Shown: positions 41,821-54,147 of the stretch, piece after piece
How the letters are laid out: every line of letters begins with the position of its first letter
Numbering within the stretch: the first letter of the stretch is position 1
Made by a program: the position numbers and the translations under genes
Notes under the pieces: model-generated
The model's database searches: none
What the model was told of the DNA's origin: nothing
Seen by the model: only the letters and a program-made list of their open reading frames with translations
From: Octopus vulgaris
Lineage: Eukaryota
Direction of reading: 5' to 3'
Length of the DNA stretch: 64,000 bases
NCBI GenBank assembly: GCA_951406725.2
Contig: OX597820.1
Span: forward strand, 124,372,001-124,436,000

Positions 41821-41874
41821 AAACCGCCACTACAATCGTTTCATGTCTTCAATGACATTCGTCAGGTGGATTTT
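41821..41874 (-). ncRNA. Type-I hammerhead ribozyme motif
   Basis: Minus strand: aaaat-ccac CTGACGA atgtc(attgaa)gacat GAAA cgattg TA gtgg-cg-gttt; core intact. Confidence 0.8.
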
Positions 41875-42068
41875 CGATCTCCTAATCTGTTTTAATTTAT
41901 ATATATATATATATATATATCTTATGAATATGATCTTAGCATTCTGGAAGAATCAGCTTGCCATTATCTACTTACCGCCGAATTATCTACTGAATTTTGA
42001 AAGATTATAACATATGATGCTGGGACACATGTTATATGTCTCTGATTTATGCGTTAGTTCTTGAAGCC

Positions 42069-42137
42069 GGTTACTGATGAGATTTCGCCCAGCAGATATT
42101 CTTATTTGCTAAAGAAATTTGAAATCTAGGTATAAAC
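42069..42137 (+). ncRNA. Type-I hammerhead ribozyme motif (slightly diverged)
   Basis: ggtta CTGATGA gatttc..agcagata(ttct)tatttgct..gaaattt GAAA tctagg TA taaac. Confidence 0.65.
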
Positions 42138-42331
42138 GCAAAAAATAACAAGATAAGAGGTTTTTATCTTTCATTTCCTTCGAAAGTTGCTATTAAATTG
42201 TCGTTTTGGCAGTTTTGTTTGATTCTTCTAGCCTGTAAAAATTACCTGTTAAAGAGTACTTTTCTCTTGTGTTTAATTGTACACTATTTTATAAGGATAT
42301 ATATATAGATACATACATGCATACATACACA

Positions 42332-42334
<3 letters not shown>

Positions 42335-42367
<33 letters not shown>

Positions 42368-42404
42368 GCTACATCTAGATACACACGGATACGTACAATA
42401 TATA

Positions 42405-42477
<73 letters not shown>

Positions 42478-42546
42478 GCACATATATATTGTACGTATCC
42501 GTGTGTATCTAGATGTAGCTATATGTATATATATATATATATATAT
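42335..42546. repeat. Near-perfect palindrome centred on (TA)n
   Basis: catatagctacatctagatacacacggatacgtacaatatatatgtgca is repeated exactly in reverse complement across the (TA)n. Confidence 0.9.
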
Positions 42547-42672
42547 GTCTACATATACATAAGCTCATATATGTAGGTACATATGTGCATACATTCTTAC
42601 GTAGACCGAGATACGCATGTGCGTACAAAACCATATACACTCGCACTTGTGAAATACACTGACATATAGGAA

Positions 42673-42709
<37 letters not shown>

Positions 42710-42829
42710 TGTAAAATTGGATGTCTTAATAAGTGTTATTCCAATACAGTCCATTAAGTTCAGGTGGATTAACCAGAGTTGTGGGTGTTAAATTAATTAT
42801 GTATGGTCAGGATTTTAATATGTGAATGT

Positions 42830-43002
42830 GTGTTTAGCTGCGTGTAGTCACCTGGGTAGTTTTTTCTGCAAATTTATTCATAACGCAATCCTTTGTAAAT
42901 ATTATTGAGATTGACTCTTCAGAACATAGCTGGCATTTGCGGGATAAAGTGCTGTAGGGACCTGCATGTCTAAGTATCGACCACATGAGCTCGTATTTTA
43001 AG
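42830..43002 (-). mobile_element. Penelope-like GIY-YIG endonuclease C-terminal fragment
   Basis: YELMWSILRHAGPYSTLSRKCQLCSEESISII....VMNK (W.IL..A.PY...C.LC.EK..I...LN motif). Confidence 0.7.
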
Positions 43003-43110
43003 CCAGATGCCTACATACATCTAAACACAAATTCACATATACAAAATATCGTTGAAATTATAATGATATTATGCATGCTATATTTCCTGACATTACTTCC
43101 AAAGTCACAG

Positions 43111-43180
<70 letters not shown>

Positions 43181-43395
43181 ACACAAACAGGATACGAGAC
43201 TCAAATTTTGCTCTTGGCAATTCTCTCCGATCTCATTCCACGCAGGTTTACATAAAATTCCTCTTATCGTTATATTGCGGGTTTAATCTAGTCTAGAACA
43301 AATTTGCTGATGGATAGATAATATAATTGAAACAGTGTTCAAAATTTTCTGCATTTCTTTTATTGCCGCTGGGTTATACAATATACTATACATAC

Positions 43396-43489
<94 letters not shown>

Positions 43490-43555
43490 TATACGTACGC
43501 ATGTGTTTACACACACACACACGCATACAAACGTGTGCATGCGTTTACACTACAT

Positions 43556-43720
43556 AGGCGCAGGCGTGGCTATGTGGTATGAAGTTTATTTCAAACCACG
43601 TGCCCCTGGTTTCAGTCCCAAAGTAATGGCACCTTCGCAAGTGATTCTACTATACCATGGATTCGACCAATGCATTGTGAGTGGATTTGGTGTAAAGAAG
43701 CCGGTTGTATCTGTATGCGT
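43556..43720 (+). mobile_element. SINE family A, diverged 5' part
   Basis: ggcgcaggcgtggctatgtggta...ttgtgagtggatttgg. Confidence 0.75.
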
Positions 43721-44013
43721 GTGCGTGACTGTCTGTATGTGCGTCTGTATCTGTGATGGGGGTGTATTATATGTATATGTATACGAATATTTGTGTGAAT
43801 ATATATTACTATAAAAATTTTATTCCATTCAGGTAGTACTTTTAAATATAACAAAAAGCATTTGTTTCATCAAAAAGATAATAATCCTGAAATCTTATAA
43901 TTCATAGATTATTCGGCATCTCATACCCGATTATTTTATTGATAAAGAGAGTAGTTTTCGTTTTTATATATATACATATATATATATGTATTAAGCATAC
44001 ACATATATGCATG

Positions 44014-44099
<86 letters not shown>

Positions 44100-45027
44100 C
44101 ATGTATGTATACTATATCATAAGTATATGTGCATCTATCTATCTATCGATCCATCTCTATGTAGCATTAAGAAATTTCTGAATGAGAGGTAAACTGTAGC
44201 AGCACAGAATCGTGAAGTATATTTCCCACCTAAATGTGCGGACCCCTAGGTAACAAGGCGCCAGTGTTGTTTATAGCACCTAGAAGATATCTCCTCCAGT
44301 TGGCTAACGACACATCGTCTGTGTCCGATTAGGATTGGAGAAGGAAAATTATCATTTCCATTTCAAGCCTTTTGTGGTAAATATACTTAACGATATATAT
44401 AATATATATGTGTGTGCGTGTGTGTGTGTGTGTATGTTTCTGTGTGTTAGTGTGTGGATGTGTGTGAAACAGACTAATGAGTTGCTCATGTTTATATTTA
44501 AAACAACATTCCTTTCTTTGGAGTCTCATAATACATATCCGAGAGAAACGTGATCCTAATTTCTCAAACGAATTGTTCCATAAATGCGGTAAACAATTCT
44601 ATATCATTGTTTCAAATACTTTAGAAGTTGAAACAAAATACTTTAAAATGCACTTCATGTATACGTTTAATTAGATAATTGATTTTAATAACTTCTAACC
44701 AAGTAATTCCCTAATTATTGATAACAAATAACATTGATATATATAAACGCATCATCATTAGCATCACGATTATGATCCTGATCTCCAGCATTATGGGTGT
44801 CATGACCATGATGATGATCAACGTCGTTACCATCGTTATTGTCATCATCACTATTGTTGCTGCTGCTGTTGTTGCTGTTGTCATTATTATTATGAGAATC
44901 GTTACTCTTCGAGCGGTTTTCTAATAATTGCGTAATGTATGCATGAGCGGTTGAAACACATAAAGAATGATAATATGACTTTGATATGTATTTTCAAATT
45001 TTATGCGTAGTTGTATGTTGCATCTAC

Positions 45028-45062
<35 letters not shown>

Positions 45063-45289
45063 CACGTACGTGTGTATGAATATGTGTCCGTATTTGCAGA
45101 TATATCAGTGTCGGAGAAGGAATATATTTAAATTTATCAATAGTTAATCCATTCCGGTATTTTTAAGCGTGTGTATATATGTGTGTGTGTGAATGTGTGT
45201 GTGTGTGTGTGTGCAAATGCCGGCGAGCAAATGCCGGCGAGTGCGTATGGATAATCCTCTGCTTTCCACTACATACTTTAAATGTTGTT

Positions 45290-46150
45290 CTCAACAACTG
45301 GCCAAATAGAAATCTTTCGACCTGTATCCACTAGCCTTGCAGCCTTTCACACTTACATGTCTCGCCCACCTACGTTTCGCGGTGCATATAACCTTATGAT
45401 CTTCACCATTGAGTGCATTACGCAACTCTCAATCATTTTCTTCCACGTTATTCTCTTCAACTTGTTGTTGTCTTCCTTGGTTCAATTCAAAATGCATGAA
45501 CTATGCATAATAACCGGTACAATCCACACTTTGATAGCGGCTATCAAGTCCTTCACTTTCGATTTTATTTCCTGTTGGAGATTTCGCTTTTTTAGATAGA
45601 CATCCTTCACATTTCTTGTAATCATCTCATTTAAGAACTGCTATTCTCGGGGTCACCAATTGCCTCTCCGTGAAGTAATTACTGTATATACAGTACAGTA
45701 TATACGCCTACATTTCTTGAAAATCACGGTGGCACACTTTGCAATACTAATATTTTTACAGCACCAGTGAACAGCTCTGGCCAGTAAATAAACCTGTAAT
45801 TCATTCTTGTCAAAGAGCTCCATGTCATGCATAGAAAGCATATTATTTATCTTGCAACTTCTGCTTTCAATCGGTGAGGCAATATCTATCTCCCGCAAAT
45901 CCATTGTTGATAGGACTGTAGCTATAATAATGCGCAATAGTAAGAATGATTCTCCTCGGAATATCCCTCTTTTTATATTGACCACACCTAAGGGTTTCTT
46001 CCCTGCATACAGGTTTGTCTTCTACAAAGGAATGCTAGATACTATTAGTTTAGTAACACAATATTTTATTCCAAAAATTCCCAAACATTTCATTACCGAC
46101 GAATTTGGAATCATGTCAAAATTTCTTTAAGTTAACCCATGCAGACGCGG
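45290..46150 (-). mobile_element. R4/Dong-like RT fragment
   Basis: VNIKRGIFRGES.., INNMLSMHDMEL (YMDD-like), later GRDM.VKAARL (GRGL..V-like). Confidence 0.75.
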
Positions 46151-46189
46151 CTCTCATGGCTTCTGAACATTACTTTGCCTTGATGAAGT

Positions 46190-46728
46190 ACAAGGCAGTA
46201 GCTCTCATGGCTTCTGATCTTAAATGATTGGAAGTGTTATCATGTACATTGTTTTGTCTTGGTATAAAAGATGGGCTACAGCAAATATTCTACTCAATAC
46301 CACAGATTTGCTTGTCAGTTGTTTGACCATAGCCAGTTGACATGCCTCTTGGTGGCTGACAATATGTGCATCTCTGATCACGAGCGGAAGTAGTGGGGGA
46401 GCATCATAGCCATGTGTTGAAAGGAACATTTTAGGGTTTGGATAATTCAGCTTTTTCAAACATGGTTGTTTTGTTCACCATCCTTGAACAGCACTTATTC
46501 AGAGACCTTTTGAGTAGGATGGGCTACTCGAGCAGACGAAAATTCTAACAGGGCTCCACCTGCAAGATCATGCACATGATATCTTGGTATGACATCATCA
46601 TATCACGAACACATGGTTGAGATGCATGTGTCTGGTGTAACCTTACCAGGCGGGTAGTCATGATGGGTATACTGGGCTTCGTATATTTTACCCCAGTGTC
46701 AGTTTCATGGTATGCACTGTTCTTTCAC
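46190..46728. mobile_element. ~530-bp non-coding interspersed repeat, copy 1, abutting (TAA)n
   Basis: Reverse complement of 56948-57480; fragments at ~17543-17620 and ~53495-53575. Confidence 0.8.
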
Positions 46729-46754
46729 TCAATAATAACAATAATAATAGGAAC

Positions 46755-46819
<65 letters not shown>

Positions 46820-47281
46820 GAACAACGATGATGATGATGATGATGATGATGATGACGATGACGCTGAAGAAGACAACGACGACGACGACGACGATGACGA
46901 TGACGATGACGATGATGATGATGATAATAATAATGATGGTGATGATGATTATGATGATGATGATGATGATGATGGTGATGACAACGATGACGATGTCGAC
47001 GACGACGATGATGACGACGACAACGACGATGACGACGACGACGATGACGACGATGACGATGACGACGACGACGACGATGACGATGATGACGATGACGATG
47101 ACGATGATGACGATGACGATGACGATGATGATGATCATGAGGAGGAGGAGGAGGAGGATGACGACGATGACGATGATGACGACAACGACGATGACGACGA
47201 TGACTATGACGACGACGACGATGACGACGTCGACGATTACGACGATGACGATGACGATGGCGATGATGACGATGACGATGT

Positions 47282-47317
<36 letters not shown>

Positions 47318-47392
47318 CAAGAACAACAACAACAACAACAACAACAACAATAACAATAATAATAATAATAATAACAGTAATAATAATAATAC
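46729..47392. repeat. ~660-bp compound trinucleotide array (AAT/AAC/GAT/GAC/GAG)
   Basis: Direct inspection; source of the poly-D, poly-N, poly-I and poly-M ORFs. Confidence 0.95.
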
Positions 47393-48243
47393 CAGAAGGC
47401 AGACGCAGATGAACTTTACCTACCTACAGCTCAAGGAGGAGATGTTTGTTCCAATCTGAAATCGCCTACAAACCCATCACATTTGGACTGGCAAAATAAT
47501 TGTCCTAAGATTTCACTGTCCTCAGATTATCACCCAAACAATTGTATCTTCGAACTTGATACATATTCTGCATTGGATAGGTGGGTGGGGGCTCAATTTT
47601 TTATTCTTCTATGTTTGTAAGACATGTTTGAATGCATATTTTCATTTAGAGTCAGTTGTTCAACCATTTCTATGTATTGGGATATCGTACTTTGGCGTTC
47701 TTTATTAATTTTGCATATTTTCCAGGCAAAGCATTTTTATCCTATTTTGTACTTCATCTTGATTTTACTATTTTTCGTTTTGATTTTTTATTCTTTTTTA
47801 CTCTTTGGGTAGTGTGGTGATTGCTTAAATTTGAGCAGATGGTAATTCTGGAGTTTCCAATTAATCTGCGTACATTTTGGCCTTTTTTCTCGTCCATCAA
47901 GATAATAGCCAATTTCTAGAAGGTCTTCTATCCCCTTGAGTTATGGGCCGAGCCCTATGATGGTGATTTTGTGTGTTAATTCTCACTGGAGAAATTCTCC
48001 GCCATTATATCTCCATGTAAAATACACTTTCTCAATATTTGCGTTTGGGTGGTACATTTTCTTCACTGTTAGCATTTTCCGTGTTTTCCTTGCACCAATT
48101 ATTTAAAAATAAAACAATATCGAAACGAGAACTGTTTACTGCGAAATAATCTAGCAAAATCGTTAACGCCCTACTAACCGCGTCAGTGATAATTTCTTTA
48201 ATAAAATTATTCTTTCGCCCACGGTTTGTACGGCAGTAACTCT

Positions 48244-48460
48244 AGCGAGCTGGCAGAAACATTAGCGCGCCAGGAGAAATGCTTAGGTGTTATTTCGTCA
48301 GTCGCTACGTTCTAAGTTCAAATTCCGCCGAGGTCGACTTTGCCTTTCATCCTTTCGGGGTCGATTAAATAAGTACCAGTTGCGCACTAGGGTCGATGTA
48401 ATCGACTTAATTCGTTTGTTTGTCCTCTGTGTTTGGCCCCTTGTGGGTAGTAAAGAAGTA
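48244..48460 (+). mobile_element. SINE family B copy (least diverged)
   Basis: agcgagctggcagaaacattagc...ccgccgaggtcgactttgcctttcatcctttcggggtcgat. Confidence 0.85.
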
Positions 48461-49401
48461 AGTATCTCTAGCGATGATTATCTCTATGTACCTTCCCGAT
48501 ACGTGTTTTGTATATTCTGTCGTCTTCTCATCAGGTGTTAGAGGTGCAGCTTTTTATTACAATTTTACAAAATCGGTATTGTAACATCAACCACATATTC
48601 GTGATAATCTGCATTGAATGCTATCGGGTTATTTTTTCGTGAACATACTGAATTATTCTCAATTGAAGTCTTATTTGCGTTAACACTTACATTCACCGTC
48701 ATTTTAGACCACTATGTAAACATTTGATTTAGACAAGGATTACTAAGATATTTTTTATCCTTTCCATTGTTGTAAAATTACAATTTAATTCCATTCAAAT
48801 TATCAAATATTTATATTTGAAGGCTTGGCCCTTACTGCTGAGCAAGCTAAGCGCCGTAGAGTTAATATGCACCACGTGATTTCACTTTGGTTATCAATGC
48901 TAGAAGCAGATCTGAAACGCTGTTGGGTATCATTTATAATACATATATGATCTGAAACATCCAAGAAATCAGTTATTGATTTTACTATATAAACTGGAAA
49001 ATCCTTCATATTTGATGATCTATAGAAATATGAATAAACATTCTTCATCTCAAACAGAGACTGAGCAGTGAGTTAGTGACATATACTATTTTCTGTTTTA
49101 AACATAAGAAATAGTCTGATATATAATTGCCAGTTTACTTCCTTTTAATTTAACGGATTATAATTTAATATAAGGAATAAAGATTTTAAAGATTTATTTA
49201 ATGCTATAGATACAAGTCTGCTTCCTCAAATTTCTTTTCATGTTTACCATTGTAGCTGTATACAATGTTTTAATGGTTCTATGGAATTAAGACGTATTCA
49301 AATACTTTGTCAGGTTAACAATAGAAGTAAAATTGAATTTATATTGTTTTATGTGTATCCTAAAATATGAAATAATAAATGCTCTGACTTTGAAATAAGA
49401 A

Positions 49402-49470
49402 AAGAAATAATACTCATTTATAATTTTTTTATTTCACTGAAGATGTTGAAGATTTAGAATATATTGAATA

Positions 49471-49550
<80 letters not shown>

Positions 49551-49707
49551 ATTCTGTGCGTGTCTGTATGTGGTTGTATATTATGCATATGTGTATGTAT
49601 GTATATGCGTGTATAGAAATTGTGGGCTTTTTTCCGTCTCAATATATTCAAAATTTTCAATATCTTCAGTGAAATAAAAAAAAATTATAAATGAGTATTA
49701 TTTCTTA
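49402..49707. repeat. ~65-bp inverted repeats flanking (TA)n-containing spacer
   Basis: aagaaataatactcatttataa...cactgaagat..atatattga is inverted at 49639-49706. Confidence 0.85.
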
Positions 49708-50105
49708 TATATATATATATACATACATTCATACATACGTATATATATATATATATATATATGAGTTTCTAAATGCATTTGATTTTTTTATTCAGTGGAC
49801 TGAAGTTTCACCTACTTGTACGTTTAATAAAAAAAATTGCAAAATACATCCAAGCTATATCTACAAAATAAGTGTATTTTACACAAAAAATTATAATTAA
49901 TTAACCAAATATGAAATAATTTAAGGTAACTTTCATAATGCAACCTTTCCAGAGTGGCAAGAAGCTTGCTTCCAAACCGCGTGGATCTGTGTTCAGTTCT
50001 ATTGTGTGGAGCCTTGGGCAAGGGTCATCTAATAAACACACTGGCCCATCAAAGCCTTGAGAGTGGATTTGATTGACAGAAACTGAAAGAAATGCGCCGT
50101 GTTTA

Positions 50106-50925
50106 TACAGGGTGTGGTGAATAAACTGTCATCTAAATTACGCAAAAATGACAATAACATTGACATCCCATATATTTATCAAAATTACATAAAAATATCT
50201 TGAAATGCTAGAGAGTAAATGTATTCAATAACATCGCCATTGGCTTCAACCATGTCCTCTAGACGACCTCTGAATCTCTTGCATCTCTTCTGGGTGGTCA
50301 CTGTGTTTACGTTGTTGAATGCTGCCATAATCCGTGCCATCAGTTCATATTCTGTGTAACAAGGAGATTTCTTGGTCAACTGCACCCCACACATAATCCA
50401 GGGGTTGCATTCTGTGAAGTTAGATGGCCAGGTGTTAGGAGTGATATGGTCGCGGAAATGTCTGACAGCCATGACTGGCTTTTACATTTGTAGCATGGCA
50501 CAAATTTCCCTTTTCAGACAGGCCCTTCCAACAGTCACCCACTTGATCCAGGGCAGCAGTACTACATCCATACATATGATGTAGGCCTCCGTGTTGAGTT
50601 TGACGCCGTGTGAGGAGATGAATGGGGGGGATCACTAGTGATCACACCAAATTCCATGATATTGGGTGGATGTTTGATATTTATCACTTTCGGTACATGT
50701 CCTATGATTTTACTGTCCTCAGATTAACACCCAAACACTGAAATGTTCCTATTGGTGTTTCCGTAGCGAATGCTGAGCCGGACAGCATGTCGTATCCAAA
50801 TTTCTGGCGGAATGAATTGCGTCGTAGTGCTGTTTTTATCACAGACGGTGCCCAACTGACTCTACAATACTGTGTAGACAATATCAAAAACAAAGCGCAT
50901 ACGCGAAATTAAAAATATCAAATGC
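50106..50925 (-). mobile_element. Tc1/mariner-superfamily element (internally deleted) inserted in a SINE A copy
   Basis: TA-cagggtg terminus; ITPNTWPSNFTECNP...KRFRGRLEDMVEANG; SINE halves at 49950-50100 and 50930-51120. Confidence 0.8.
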
Positions 50926-51612
50926 ATGGGTGTGTGGATGTCTGTCTGTCTGTATATGTGTGTGTGTGAGCATGTCTGTGTCACTATGGCCTGACAACTG
51001 GGGTTAGCGTGTTTCAGCCCTCATAATGCAGCGGCTCGCCACTAGTTATTGATTAAATATGTACCAGTTTTAAAAACATGTACTGGGGTCGATTCATTCG
51101 ACTAAAAATTATGCAAGGTGTTTAATAATGAACAATTAATTTTAAAGTTTTTATTATAAGTCCTTATATATATATATATATATATTTTATAGAGATAATT
51201 TTAGATCTTAATTCTTCTATTTATATACATTTTTTATATATATTCAGTGATAATTTAGTTCTTATTCAAATATTATATAATTATTTGATTTGAAATTAAA
51301 TTTAATAATATGAATAGTGATTACCTTTTTTTTTTAATATTAGAGGTAAATTAGATATTGACTGTAACTGTGATTAGATTATTTGTGGGTTTATTATGTC
51401 TTTTTAAAAGTCTTATTATTTCTGAATAGATAAATACATCTATTCTTACCTTAAAAATTAATATTTAACATTATAAACTATTGTATGACATAATCATAAT
51501 TGTTAAAGTTTCTAGTTTGATAATAGAGTTTTTTATAAGAAAAATTATTATATTATTTATTTCTTAAAAATTAGTGTTTAAATATATTTGATTATTTATT
51601 TAACTATTATCA

Positions 51613-51711
51613 TTAACCTGAAGATTGACTATAACCATAATTCGAATTATTAAATGAATTAAAATTATTGTCATTCGAATTAGGTTATTGGGTATGAAAC
51701 GATCGTAGTGG
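51613..51711 (+). ncRNA. HHR motif with elongated stem II
   Basis: ttaac CTGAAGA ..ataacc-a-taattcgaat...attcgaatta-ggttat.. GAAA cgatcg TA gtgg; stem I and the base of stem II are imperfect. Confidence 0.55.
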
Positions 51712-51999
51712 CTTTACTTTTTTATCTTATATTAAACTTTTTATACTTTTTGATAGTTATATATATTGAATAAAAAAATAAATAAATCTATATACATATA
51801 TATATATATAAATTTCTAAATATAAATTAATAATTTTAAATTTTTAACTTTAAATTTAAATATTTTAAATTTTGAATTATATTTTTTATATATTATGTAT
51901 GTTATATTGATTAATTTTATTTCTATGTTTTGGTTTATGTTTTTCACTGTTTGATTTGCCTAAAAGTGGTTTTACCTCTAATTTAATTTATATATATTA

Positions 52000-52074
52000 T
52001 ATATATATATATATATATATTAATTTATTATAATATAATATTGTATATTATTATTATTATTATTATTTCCTGAG

Positions 52075-52111
<37 letters not shown>

Positions 52112-52162
52112 TTTATTATAGTATAATATTGTATATTATTATTATTATTATTATTTCCTGAG

Positions 52163-52205
<43 letters not shown>

Positions 52206-52260
52206 TTTATTATAATATAATATTGTATATTATTATTATTATTATTATTTCCTGAGAAAA
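52000..52260. repeat. Three tandem copies of (TA)n-taatttatta...(ATT)n-tcctgagaaa
   Basis: Direct inspection; the last copy runs into the RLE element. Confidence 0.9.
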
Positions 52261-52871
52261 ATGAAAAGTGGAACGACTATTGGGAGGTAACTGCAGATTT
52301 ACCTGGGTGCCAGGTTTTCTTTCCCATCCCAGTTTCGAAAAAACCAGATATTTTGATGTGGTGTGAAAGAAAGAAAGTTTTAAATATAGTCGATCTAACG
52401 GTTCCTCACGAAGATAATATGGACGCCGCTCGAGCTCGAAAATTAAACCGTTATGAAAACCTCCTCGAGGAATATGAAGACGCAGGCTGGAAAGCGGAAC
52501 ATTTTCCTATCGAAGTCGGATGTAGAGGGTTTGTAGGACACAGCGTGAGACGACTGTTGTTATCGTTAAGCCTAACTCATCGTAAAGTCAATACCACCAT
52601 GACTGATATCCAATCTACAGTGGAGAAGGCTAGCCACTGGATTTGGTTAAAAAGAGACGATGAGCGATGGCTAGAAGTATATTGAGTTCATCATAACCAG
52701 CTGATCTAGCAAGCGGGGCCTCATATCAGTGAGGGGGCCGGTGCGCATTGATGCCGTCGAGAGGTAGGCCCCGAAATGGCGCGCATTCTCTCCTGATGAC
52801 CCCATACACTTGCTAGCTTCCGATATACGGAGCTTTTAACTGGTAGTACTTGCATGTGCAAGTTGTTTGCA

Positions 52872-52872
<1 letters not shown>
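52248..52872 (+). mobile_element. HERO-like non-LTR retrotransposon, 5'-truncated: RLE domain plus 3' UTR
   Basis: KPDILMW..K....VDLTVPHE...ARKLNRY..L.....GW......IEVGCRGF.G.S....EKASHWIWLKR; ends in (TA)n. Confidence 0.8.
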
Positions 52873-52923
<51 letters not shown>

Positions 52924-52970
52924 CATACATATCGATATATAAATATATATAATAAAAAGTGTCAGTGTGC

Positions 52971-53258
52971 AAGTTGTTTATATGACATTCAAGAACACAC
53001 AATAAACCGTTAGATTCAGTTCAACATTTAAATTTAGTTTATGTCCAAATATTTGTGTCACTTTGAAACTGCAACTTCTTCACTGAGAAAACATCGTGTT
53101 ACATCTGAAATAGCAACGGTTACTTTCTCAAGAGCAGCCCGAAGTCTTGTCGGTTAACCATTCGCAGTTTCAAAGCGACGAAGATATTTTGACACAAACT
53201 AGATTTAAATGTTGAAGTGAATCTGTTTTTTTTGTTCTTTAATGGCTTATAAACAACT
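52971..53258. repeat. Fold-back (inverted-repeat) element
   Basis: agttgtttata..agattca.ttcaacatttaaat...tttgaaactgc is inverted at 53164-53258. Confidence 0.8.
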
Positions 53259-53285
53259 AACTATCTATATCTAGCTGTCTATCTA

Positions 53286-53368
<83 letters not shown>

Positions 53369-53596
53369 GTGTGTGTGTCTGTGTGCGTGTGTGTGTGTAT
53401 ATATATGTATATACATATATTTATATGTATATATATATATATATGTAAATGTATATAAATATTCATACACACATATATCGCATCTTTTATATCAAGAAAA
53501 GCAGTGTACATGATTTCATTTCCAATCAGTTAAGATCAGAAATCATGAGAGCCACTGCCTGGTAGTGCATCATGTTAATTAATCTTGCTGTTGTTG

Positions 53597-53639
<43 letters not shown>

Positions 53640-53644
53640 CATCA

Positions 53645-53691
<47 letters not shown>

Positions 53692-54147
53692 GGAGGAAAC
53701 TTTTTTAGTTTATTTTGATGGGTAAAATGTTAGATGTCCAGATCTAGCTGCCAAAATTGACACTTTTTTATTCGCCATGGTTCATGAACCCTGCGAAGAA
53801 TTCTTGCAGTTCCAAGCAACGCTGATTGTTGTAGTTCTACTCTCCTAATTGACCACAAACATCGTATTTCTCACTTAAAATATCGTCGAAGTTGTTCAGT
53901 TTTTCTTCTTTCTCTTTGATTCTGTTGTCACCGAACTTGCTATGTTCTTTCTTCTTTATTGACCACAAAAATGTCTGATTTCTGATTTCTGCCTGGTTGA
54001 TCGGGCTGAATCATTGCACTCCACGGAAAGTTGCAATCTTCAACCTCAGTGATTCCGTGTAGGGTTTTCTCATACCACGTGTTTGTTCTTCACAGAGCTC
54101 CAAATGATAAATACTTGACACGTTGTCATATCTTTATTATAATTATT

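Larger units (their letters stand above)
41245..42295. mobile_element. Three copies of an HHR-bearing repeat (one inverted, two direct), PLE pseudo-LTR-like
   Basis: Copy 1 minus 41245-41398; copy 2 plus ~41420-41630 (5' truncated); copy 3 plus ~42020-42295; consensus ggtta CTGATGA gatttc..gaaatt GAAA cctagg TA taacc. Confidence 0.75.

Noticed and set aside
51160-52000. Mitochondrial insertion (NUMT), suggested by extreme AT content
   Set aside because: No recognisable mitochondrial gene or tRNA; it contains an HHR motif like the other TA-flanked cassettes.
52745-52800. HHR or SECIS element in the HERO 3' UTR
   Set aside because: Motif order and pairing do not fit either; CTGATGA is sequestered in a simple stem.
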